DNA from: Eukaryota sp. GEM-RC1
Taxonomy: Eukaryota
Length of the DNA: 64,000 nucleotides
NCBI GenBank assembly: GCA_040285855.1
Contig: JAUFOQ010000006.1
Location: forward strand, 1,860,001 to 1,924,000
Direction: 5' to 3'
The translations under genes and the position numbers were made by a program. Position 1 is the first letter of the stretch, and every line of letters starts with the position of its first letter. Positions 24,892 through 34,514 of this stretch are shown here, in pieces. Under the pieces are notes generated by a model. The model made no database searches. It was not told the origin of the DNA and saw only the letters and a list, made by a program, of their open reading frames with translations.

Positions 24892-25639
24892 CAGGAGTTG
24901 GAAAAATTGCATTGCCAATTAATTGTTCTCAGTTTTTCAGAGGCAATGAATTATTGCAATTATCACATGTGCTACAATTAATTGTTTTGTGATAAAGTGA
25001 CCATTTGCACTTAAAAGAAAGTTCAAAAGTTTGTTCTTTATGATAACAAAACTAGTCTTCAGTGTACAATCAGTGTTGACCAACGTCTTGCAGGATATTG
25101 TGCGCTTAATACAGGAAAATTACCTATTGAGTTCGTTTTCCACAAAGTTGAACGGTCTGAGGCCTTTAATAACCCACTTCATCCATTTAAAGTATTCTGA
25201 GTATTTGTCTTCAATTACAAATGTGTCAAGGGTGCTCATTTGCCTTTCATCAAGTCATTGTGCTCCGGTTGAAGGTTAACATGCTTTGTTCTCAGATGGT
25301 TGGAAAGGTTTGTTCACACGTTACCTTTCAATATCATTGCTTTGCACTTACAAGTGTAGTGTTGCCCTTTGACATGAGCACTTTTTCCAGAATCGGACGG
25401 AGAAAAAAAAGTCAAGCACAGAGTACGATTGTCTGTAGGTAAAGGAAGCAAAGTGTTTTATTGTATATCTGCATTCCGTTATCTGTTTGTAATTTCGATT
25501 CATTTCGTGCATTTGAAACCCCCGTGATAATTGCAATTAATTGCCCAATTAATTGTCGTCCTATTTTGGGGGCCAATTACTTATTGCAATTAATTAATTG
25601 GCAATAATTTAATTGGCAATGCAATTTTTCCAACTCCTG
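24892..25639. mobile_element. hAT-type MITE (748 bp) inserted in the exonuclease-Fanzor linker
   Basis: 30-bp perfect TIRs CAGGAGTTGGAAAAATTGCATTGCCAATTA; 8-bp TSD GATACGAA (24884-24891, 25640-25647); CAATTAATTG subterminal repeats. Confidence 0.92.
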
Positions 25640-26950
25640 GATACGAATCAAAATCATATTCATTCACTAACTCCATTTCACGTAGTCGTTCCTCAAAAAA
25701 ATCATGTTCATTCATTAACTCCATTTCACGAAGTCGTTTCTCAAAAAAATCATGTTCATACATTAAATCTCGTTCTTTTGATTCCGAAACAGAAGATTCT
25801 AGGAGATATGGACGAAAGTAATGAGGATTCATCAAATTTAATTCACATCCACGTGTTTCAAACTCACACATAAGGAGATGTTTCAAAAATTTGAACCCCT
25901 TACTGTTGCTCTTTGATTTCGGATAACACAGTCTTTAATTAAGACAATATTATCCTGATCTTTAATAACTTTCTCCAGTCCCTTTTTCACCACTTTAATT
26001 GGATGGCGCTCTAGAACATGTTGAGTTTCTTCATCAAAGAAATATTCATGTAATTCAGATAAACAGTCAATTCGTTGAAGTAAATCTTCAACCAGAGTAA
26101 TTACTTTTGCATTATCAGTCCACAATTTGAAGGTTTGCTTGTTGTGTGCGAGTAGGTTAAACTCTTTCTCTATTTCCTTGTTAACGGTTATGCCTGGTAC
26201 TTTTCGAAATTCTGTGAAGTACGTAGTTAATTCTAATGACGACAAAATTAAATTCGGTACGTGTCTACGAAACAACTTTGAACAAACATTTTCCAAACTT
26301 CTACCACCTTTGAAGACATAAGTAGACTTTGTAACATTTGCCAAGTCCAGAGAAACAAAAGGTCCAAAATTGCAAAGCTTACACCATCTATGAAACCAGT
26401 TGGGTACGTAGGGTCTGTATGGATTATCTAAATGAAAATTGGTCTGAATCTTGAACATTTCACACCGTTTAATCAAAAAGGAAACAACAGTTCATCAGTG
26501 TTATAACCAATCAAGAATCTGGGTTTTGTTTGATATAAAACTTGGATAAGTTCCCCAATCATGGCCTCTTTTGAAGCACAAACAATTATTTCGACATTTT
26601 CAAATGTATTGTTTATGTTCTTTTACTAAAAATAACAGTTGAAGTGAAATTAGCATAGATAAATTTGAGACTGATAAAGATTATTTTGTCTTCTTTATCC
26701 AAAGGATTTGCAAACAGTTCTGCTCTCGATGCTTCAACTTCTTCTTTGATTTTAGGTATATCAGCATCCTCTGGTTCCTCAGAGTCATCTTCAATATCAT
26801 CAGAGTCGACACTTTTTTTAGGCAATACAGTTTTAGGTGATTTGAGAATTCTTGGATTAAGTCGTTTTGCATCAGTAATCATGGTTTTAAAATCAATTAA
26901 ACAAAATGTTGGGATTTCTTCTGTTTCTGTTAATTCTGATAGATTCGATT
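25640..26950 (-). CDS. Degenerate family-B DNA polymerase 3'-5' exonuclease-like domain; N-terminal part of the Fanzor reading frame (three homopolymer frameshifts)
   Basis: ExoI-like IPTFCLIDFKT; FANPLDKEDKIIFISL; EIIVCASKEAMIGELIQVLYQTKPRFLIGYNTDELLFPFLIKRC (ExoII-like); FVSLDL..RSLENVCSKLF. Joins SYP-SELSDLLALNERKLM in frame once the MITE is removed. Confidence 0.65.
25655..25760 (-). repeat. 48-bp tandem duplication encoding EHDFFE(K/E)RLREMEL(M/V)N linker
   Basis: Two-plus copies visible in the DNA and in the translation. Confidence 0.8.
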
Positions 26951-27559
26951 TCTTGAGAAAAAAACAACAGTTACTACTTTGCCTAAATTGAGACCAAATC
27001 TATTGTCTCGAAATACTCTCAAACCAAATTCGAATTTACCTAGTTTGAAATTATCAAAAAAAGTTACAGATCATGTGGACACTGAATCTGTCAACAGATT
27101 ACCAAATTCTCTTGGTATTCAGACAGATTTTGAAAAAACTTGAACAATACTCATAATATTGCAATGGAGACAGAAACAAAGGTTCTCACAATTGTCCACG
27201 ATATTGTACCACTGTACTGGAACCAAAATGATACAACATCAGACTGTCAATTACATATGAGTTTGAAACTTGAGTTGTTAAAAGATTTAAATTTATTGAT
27301 GGCCAAAATTTTGAATTTTCATTTAAATGATAGGGACAAGTACTTTAATGAGTATTGTTGTGGGATTGGTTTTAAGGAGTCGTTTTCGTTGGCTGTGATG
27401 TTTGCGAGAGTGATGGGGGGATATAGTAGTGATAGTTAAGTTTGATAAACTGAGGTTGTATATTTTATTGGTTGTGTTTAACGACATTATATATAGAAGA
27501 CAAAATTATGAGCAACCACAATTCAATACACATACGACACGTTGATTGAGATTGATTCT

Positions 27560-27722
27560 CACCAAATGTTGTATCACCAAATGTTGTCATTACAAATGTT
27601 GTATCACCAAATGTTGTCATTACAAATGTTGTAGTTACAAATGTTGTCATTACAAATGTTGTAGTTACAAATGTTGTAGTTACAAATGTTGTAAAACACA
27701 TCTTGTATTACACATCTTGTGA
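27560..27722. repeat. Tandem array of 13-15 nt units (ACAAATGTTGTAGTT / CACATCTTGTATTA)
   Basis: Directly visible; an inverted counterpart lies at 28718-28797. Confidence 0.9.
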
Positions 27723-28178
27723 CAACTAAAAGACAATAGATAGTGATAATAGACTGGCATATATGGCTTAACTTTATGAACAAAAGAAAAACATAATGAA
27801 TCAAGATTTCCAAGTCAACATATGCTTTCAGCTTGTGACGGTCAGAGTGAGAAGAAGAAAGATTATCATAAGAAGGAGAATATGCGCTGTTTATCCAGCG
27901 AGAGATCGTACTTTGCGAGACAATGAAGAAAGAAAGATGGGTCGTCCCCATCCAGAGAGATATGACCAAAGAGCCCTCACTTTGGTGTCTTCCGAAGCGT
28001 GGACAGACATGCTCGTTAAGTCGAGTCTTGAGTCCCAGAGCATCTCAAAAGTGTATCCCATAAGTAAAAAGAGTTTGTGGGAATTGGGTGTGTGGGGGAA
28101 TTGGTAAAATGGGGATATTCACCCAAAATGAAAACTGCACTAGCACTAAACAAAGATTTGCCTTAGGGAATTTCATTT

Positions 28179-28515
28179 TTTTTGTGTTTCAACCTTTTGC
28201 TGTTTCTCTTTTTGGATTTATTAGTCCTGCTGGAGATCAATTTTTCAAGGATTTCGAAGAATTGTGTAAAGAAAAGAAGCGCAAGTTTAGAATGGCTGAA
28301 TGGAAAAACCGTATAGTGTTTTCCAATATCGGAATATGCCTTTCTATTTCTCTAGATTAATTGAGAAATTGTACAAGTTTGGTGTGAAGGTTAATGTTGA
28401 TAAACGTAATCTTTTACCGGGTGGTGATGAAGTCGTTTGGATTTAATCTTACAGTAGTATTATTTGTTTGTTTTTACAATTTCATAGTTTTGTAGACCTT
28501 ATTGGGTGCCGAATA
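28179..28515 (+). mobile_element. Family A CRE-like 3' fragment
   Basis: FVFQPFAVSLFG...GDEVVWI* and 3' UTR ending GGGTGCCGAATA. Confidence 0.8.
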
Positions 28516-28798
28516 CTGTTTTCTCTCTTTTTGGATGGATCTCTAGATATCCACATTTTCTCAAATTCACCATACACCCTCTTTCCCCAAACTTTTTCTC
28601 TCAATGGGTTACAGCTTTGAGATGCTTTGAAATACAAATTTGGATCTTTCTAGCATGTCAGTACATGCTTCAGAGGATACAAATGTCAGCAGTATGGTCG
28701 TACCGGAGAGAAGTGTCAGAATACAACATTAGTAATACAAGATTTGTAACACAACATTTGTAATACAAGATGTGTAATACATGGTGTGTAATACAAGG

Positions 28799-29700
28799 TT
28801 ACCTATATTTTCCTATATTTTTCAAAATTAAATACAATTCAAATAAAACACACATACCAGTTTTTTCATCATTTTTCAAATACTCTTTCAAAACATGAAA
28901 CAATTCCACAGGTCTTTCGATTTCGTTCAAGTGTTCGATAGCGAACTTTGACTGACTGATTCTTTTTGGTTCTGCTTCAGTGTTGAACCGAACATCAACA
29001 TATGTATCTGAAAAATTAACAATAACTCTAACTCCTTTTGAACCACTAACTAGTCCAAGTTCAGGCTTGTTTTGAGTGTACATCACTTGTCCACCAACAA
29101 CACAGTCAAGTTTTTTTTCAGCAAAGTCATCTAAACGTTTGGTCAGCACAGAAGTTTCAATGTCATAATATTTCTATAAATTAGATTCTACAACTGGAAA
29201 TCTAAAACTTCTTTTGCTAATTTGAGATTTTAATTCAGATTCATTGAATTTGTTAACAGCTACAAATTCAATTGAATCTGAATTTTTAAGCAAGAATTTT
29301 GAATTGTTTTAAATTATCTTTAGCAACATCAATACTGTATTCCTTCCGTACAAAATAGTTGGGTTTTCAACAGAGGGTGCTGCTGTACCAAAATGATTAT
29401 TCAGAATTGATTTCATAAAATTATCTAACAGATCCAATCTCAATTGATTTAGAAAATTAAAAAATTGCGAATCTGATTGCTGCCGAATACTTCCAGCCAG
29501 TTCACAATAATTGAATTTTAAATTGTTCCAAGCACTTGATGAAAAAGTGAAATCAGAAATTACCACTTTTCGATTTCCTTTACCATCAAGACTTTTAAAA
29601 ACAGGGGCTAATTGAAGAAAGTCTCCGAAACAAATTACCTGTATTCCTCCAAATGGTTTCTTCGGAGAGTGGCATTTTGGCGTGTCATTCGTGAGATTGA
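28799..29700 (-). pseudogene. PIF1-family helicase remnant
   Basis: KPFGGIQVICFGDFLQLAPV; FSSSAW..ELAGSIRQQSD..FLNQLR; VNKFNE; VGGQVMYTQN..LGLVSGSKG. Walker A/B and C-terminal motifs not seen. Confidence 0.8.
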
Positions 29701-30543
29701 TGTTGTGTATAGTGGTTGGTGCCATTGAGTTGATGGATTGTTTGAGCGCAGGGAAACTTGGTCTTCATCAAATTTCTCTTTCACTTCACACCATGACTTT
29801 ATCCAGTGGTATTTCAATCGATCAGACAATTTCATTTCAAATGGATAATCTCACATATCTACACTTGATCCACATCGAACTGTTTTCTGCTTAATTCACA
29901 CCCATCCCTTGATATCCTACATCTGCAGTTCACGACTTCAAATTCTTTCTTATTGACTACGTCAACATAAGTCCGCTATTTCGTACGATTCATTTTCTAT
30001 ATCACACCAGTATGATGGAGGATGTGTTTGTATGTGTATTTGTATCATATCTGACTTCTTTCTTGAATCGTAAATCTCGTTTTAGCATCACTGACTTTTT
30101 GTTTATATATCAAATCTCAATTTAAAACAAGTAAGATAATCACACGGATTACTCAGCGACATTACTCAGAGAATGAAGAAGAAGAATCAAGTAACTCAAG
30201 CAATGAGTTAGAGTCAGATTCTACTGGAACAACTGAGATTACTTCGACTCCACTCCCTCCTCTTAAGTCTCTTGTCAAAAAATCCAATTTTACGAAGAAT
30301 CCTTTTGGACTTTAGATTCCTATAAAGCATAGTAATAAACAAGACTGACCTGTAATATTTGTCATTGATCACAGTTTGAAGGAGTCAGGAGAGTCAAGGA
30401 TTATGAGTTTGGGCACATAACTACATAGACACTAGAACGAACAGACAGTCAGAAGCCATTTTGTTGTGAAAAGTCTGTCGGAAAGAACAATCAGGAAGAA
30501 ATGTTGTGAGATATCTACATGAAGATACAATTCTTTCGTTTAC

Positions 30544-32327
30544 ATGGATCCTTTCATCGTAACAACCGCGGACTCTGCTCCTCAAGACCAAGGCAGTGTT
30601 GTCCAAAGTTCTTTATACTCTGTTTCCTCCGCTGTCGTCGCTACTGCGGACTCTGCTCCTCAAGACCAAGGCAGTGTTGTCCAAAGTTTTTTATACTCTG
30701 TTTCCTCCGCTGTCGTCGCTACTGCGGACTCTGCTCCTCAAGACCAAGGCAGTGTTGTCCAAAGTGGTTTACGTTATGTTTCCTCCGCTGTCGTCTCTGC
30801 TATAACAATCCATCAGAAGAATCGTTGGTGTCATGATCTTACTAATGACGGTGATGTTGAAGCCAACCCTGGGCCACCAGATGAGTTTGTCCATATCCAC
30901 AAACTGTATCATGGGTCATGTGCTACAATCCCACATGACACGATCCTTCATCCCGTTAAAAAGATCAAAGGATTTTTTGTCTGTACTTGTTTAGAACATC
31001 ATCGACAACATCCAAGCAACCGCACTTCATCTGGATTAAATTCATTGAAAGATATACCCGCTTATACGACGTTAAAAGCTGAATCATATCTGTATCAAAT
31101 TCAACGTTATTTCGGTGCTCATCTGGGACAAATGAGCTTTGACAAACATTTCATACCCTATTTTATTGCTACAGAATCAGCCCTGGATCCTCTACAGAAG
31201 GACAAATTCTTTGCTGATTTTATCCAATATCACCAAGCTATTCTAGATAGTCAAGACACAATTTCTCTCCCTATCATGCCCGCTCCTAGTTTGTCTACAC
31301 CTGCGTCAGATTGTCAAAGTTATGAAATATGTAACTACTGCATGCTTCCCGGCCACAAAAGTACTATCAAAGGTGAACCCCTATGTTGTCTTCGTAGTCG
31401 ACCCCTTTCATACCAAAATTTCACTCGAGTTGTTAATTATTTCTCTTGTTATATACCGTCTACAATGTTGGCATACGCCTTAACTGTCTGTCATAAATAC
31501 ATTTTGACGGAACCACATTTGAAAGAAGTAAAAATGTTTCCTGTTCCAGGTAATACTGGAAAAAATGTACAATAACAGAAATAACTAATTTCACCTTCGA
31601 CTTAGTTTCCCATGTCAGCACTGTTGCAGAAACTCTCGATGACTTGTATTTTTCAGCTCTACTGAACGAAATTCGTCACTATGCTAGGTGCAACGGTTTA
31701 GTTTCCGAACAGACTTCCATTGAATCTGAAAATGGTGATGACTTTAATAGCGATTACTTAGATATGGACAAAAGAATTGATAATTTTGCTTTTAGTTTGG
31801 AAAGTGTCGATCAAAATCTTCATTCAACATGGATTTTTCGTTCCCTGTACCGCTTTGTTGTCTTTGCCAAAATCTATGTTGAGTCAGATTCGGATGTCCA
31901 AACAGAATATAGAAAAAGTCATTTGGATTCTCTGTATTTGTTCATTTTTATGCTAGGATATCAAAGTTATATTATCTCTCAAGATTCATCTGAAATTTAT
32001 GAGTTTTCAAATTTAATTAAATTCCCCTTTGACTTCTTTAAGTCTATGTTCAATGAAAAAGACGACGAATTCACTATTTTAGAGGCTATCGATAATGCTT
32101 TAAGATACAAGAGAAAAACAAAACCACAAAGTGTTGTTCAATTGGACCAAGTGATAGTACCACAAGTTTCATCTCTTATGGAAGAAGATCTTATGGAAGA
32201 AGTATGTATGTCATGTGGCCAAGAAGGTCATAACAAAACGTCATGCAAGAATCCACCCAAAAAAATGAGTTCGCCTAAAAGAAGAAGCGTAATGTCAGTC
32301 AAGCAGCAGAAGGTCTCTCGTGAATAA
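30544..32327 (+). CDS. About 595-aa polyprotein-like ORF: 26-aa repeats, 2A-like peptide, unknown domain, CCHC knuckle shared with the Fanzor (one A-run frameshift at about 31563)
   Basis: Adding one A to GGAAAAAAT joins the two ORFs (GKKCTITEITNFTFDL..DDLYFSALL). Contains DLTNDGDVEANPGP and terminal CMSCGQEGHNKTSC. Confidence 0.7.
30565..30795 (+). repeat. Three tandem 78-bp coding repeats (TADSAPQDQGSVVQS..VSSAVV)
   Basis: GCGGACTCTGCTCC recurs at 30568, 30646, 30724. Confidence 0.95.
30826..30876 (+). other. 2A-like ribosomal skipping (StopGo) peptide
   Basis: WCHDLTNDGDVEANPG|P matches the GD(V/I)ExNPGP consensus. Confidence 0.85.
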
Positions 32328-32329
32328 CT

Positions 32330-32470
32330 ATAGTGTACTCTTAACGGTACACAGCGCAGTGGGCTTAGCTCACTGGGTGTCTGTGGTTACGATACTCTAA
32401 GCAAAATGAAAATTAATAAAGTTGTGTACTTTGGGAATATCCATTTGAGCATTAGAAATGTGTTACAATA
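32330..32470 (+). ncRNA. Candidate omegaRNA, copy 2 (scaffold ends at 32449; putative guide starts CATTAGAAATGTGTTAC)
   Basis: Same hairpins as copy 1, with stem substitutions that preserve pairing. Confidence 0.7.
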
Positions 32471-33147
32471 AAACGAATTGCTGGAATTGACTACATACAC
32501 CGCACACAACTGACTCCTCATATCTTTTTCCCCTCCCCGTTTTCCAAATATAACGACAGCAACCGATGTGTCATTTTAGACTGTTGCTGCTTCTGATCAC
32601 TCTTCTTCTATAATTAGATCTTCAGATGATCACTTCTTCGTGGCTTCTATTCTTGATGATTGCAGTGATACTGATGATATTTACCCCAGTAAGCCTTTTT
32701 GTGGCCAATCCATGTGATATATCCGACCGCAATGCTGAAGAAATCGTTACTGTTCCTGCTGAGAATTCTACTATTGACCATCCACAATGTAATGCTTAAT
32801 ATTTCCAAACAGATTCCGACTAAATGCACTACTGAATGCATTATAAATATACTGTAAATTGCTTTGTGGTTCAAGAATAGATGTAAAGCATTGAATATCT
32901 TTAAGTACTAGTAGTTTGTATTTCGTCAATCTATGACACACAGATACTTTCATGTAATAGTTAGAAAAAATGAACTGAGGATCATAATTGTTCTTTTACA
33001 ATCTTCACAAATTTAGCAAGTTAGGATGTTGCCGATTGACTTACACATCAAATGAAATTGAACCTTACTGAGTCATAAACATTGCTTCTTAAAAGAAAAT
33101 AATTGTTACTGAATCAAACAGGAAATATTGAGGCCTTTACTTTTTAG

Positions 33148-33780
33148 ATGATTCGATTCCTTTTCATCCGTCATGCACAGAGCGAAGGGAACACTCACCC
33201 TGAACTTATAGCAGGGAGACAAGCTGAAACACCACTGTCAGAACTTGGACTGCATCAGTCGCAACTTCTTGGCGATCGTCTACGTGAACTTTCGAATTTC
33301 CATGTCTATTGTTCTCCTTTACTGCGAGCCAGAGAAACAGCACGAATTTCACTCGGAGATGATCTATACAAGAATGCCACTATTGTTTCAGAGTTGCAGG
33401 AATTCACCAATGGAGACTGGGATGGAAGGAGACGGTCAGAAGTGTATACCCCTGAACAACTGGCTAAAATCAACAGCGCAGGCTACTTATTTACACCTCC
33501 CGGCGGAGAATCACAGAGAATGGTTCAACGTCGAGCTTCTAACTGGCTTGAAGATGAGATTCTGTACAACACTGAGTTTCAGACCGGTGACCATACGGTT
33601 CTAGTCTTCTCCCACAACATCGTCATTAAATCTCTTCTACATTATATTCTGGGGTTTTCTGATAGGTTTATTTATCGATTCAGCCTTGATAACACTGGTA
33701 TTTGTGAGTTTCACTTTAAAGAGGATGGTTGGTATCCGATTGCTATTAATGATCGGTCACATTTGAGTAAGTTTGATTAA
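33148..33780 (+). CDS. Histidine phosphatase (phosphoglycerate mutase-like) family protein
   Basis: FIRHAQSEGN, YCSPLLRARETA, LQE..GDWDG, PPGGES, VFSH. Confidence 0.9.
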   Translation: MIRFLFIRHAQSEGNTHPELIAGRQAETPLSELGLHQSQLLGDRLRELSNFHVYCSPLLRARETARISLGDDLYKNATIVSELQEFTNGDWDGRRRSEVYTPEQLAKINSAGYLFTPPGGESQRMVQRRASNWLEDEILYNTEFQTGDHTVLVFSHNIVIKSLLHYILGFSDRFIYRFSLDNTGICEFHFKEDGWYPIAINDRSHLSKFD

Positions 33781-34514
33781 ACACATTTACAGATTTTTGC
33801 TCTGACCTCGAAGGTGAACGTATAGGTTTAACTACATTTTAGTAAATTCAAAGCTAGAACACTGTTTGATTTCCTAGAAGAATCCATTGTAGTGTTATTA
33901 AAGGTTCCCCACTAATAATTAAGAGATTCAGCTTTTGTTTAAGTGACCATTTGTTGCAATCATAAGGTGGAATTGGTGAAATAGTTTTTGATTTTCACTC
34001 CTATTTGAATGCAAAAAGAATTGGCAGTATGAAGTCTAATCAACTTTGGGACAAATGAAGAACATATGTTGTCCCTTCCTCTTAACGAGAAATTCTTTGT
34101 CATTGATTTTAAGCAAATCAGCTTTTGACTAAACTTCTCTACGTCGTATTACGTGTATCAATAAATACGAAATCAAAAATTGTCAAAAATCAAAAATTTA
34201 TTGTTTCTAGGATGACATTAATTCTTTAGTTAATGATAATCATCCAGAAAACATCAAAATAGAGGAGGGCAAAGAAATGAAACATCCACAGTACATTGTA
34301 TTTGAAATCAAATACCCTTTAATGTCCGAATATGAAAGTACTCAATACTTAGCATAACTGAAGAACATAACCCATTATAATAAGAATAATAAACCAAGGT
34401 CAAAAGTAATGGAATCACAACAAAATGACTTGTGTCTTGTATAATCGTATGTGAAACTCTGAAGATATCTGGAGAATAAGACCAAACAGTGGATCAACAA
34501 CCACATGAACCTCC

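Larger units (their letters stand above)
22151..28178 (-). mobile_element. Fanzor-carrying element A with imperfect terminal inverted repeats
   Basis: Right end is defined by the two-copy boundary. The reverse complement of 28120-28178 resembles 22151-22200 (AAATG.A.ATTCCC.AAG..CA.A.CTTTGTT.A...TTTTCATTTTG). Confidence 0.55.
28520..32449 (+). mobile_element. Element B: nuclease-less relative of element A, with related left end and the same omegaRNA right end
   Basis: 28540-28797 is a diverged inverted copy of parts of 27670-28120; 32214-32449 is an inverted copy of 22151-22386. Confidence 0.55.

Noticed and set aside
27560..27722. CRISPR-like array or real coding repeats (TTFV / YNICN ORFs)
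   Set aside because: Contiguous 13-15 nt units without unique spacers; the ORFs are by-products of the repeat.
31550..31580. 29-nt intron joining ORFs 30544 and 31644
   Set aside because: The donor GTAATA differs from the GTATGT/GTTTGT seen in the four motif-restoring introns, and a single missing A in an A6 run joins the frames. Not fully excluded.
28799..32449. Calling the block a Helitron
   Set aside because: No HUH Rep motifs and no CTRR 3' terminus; the PIF1 piece is partial.
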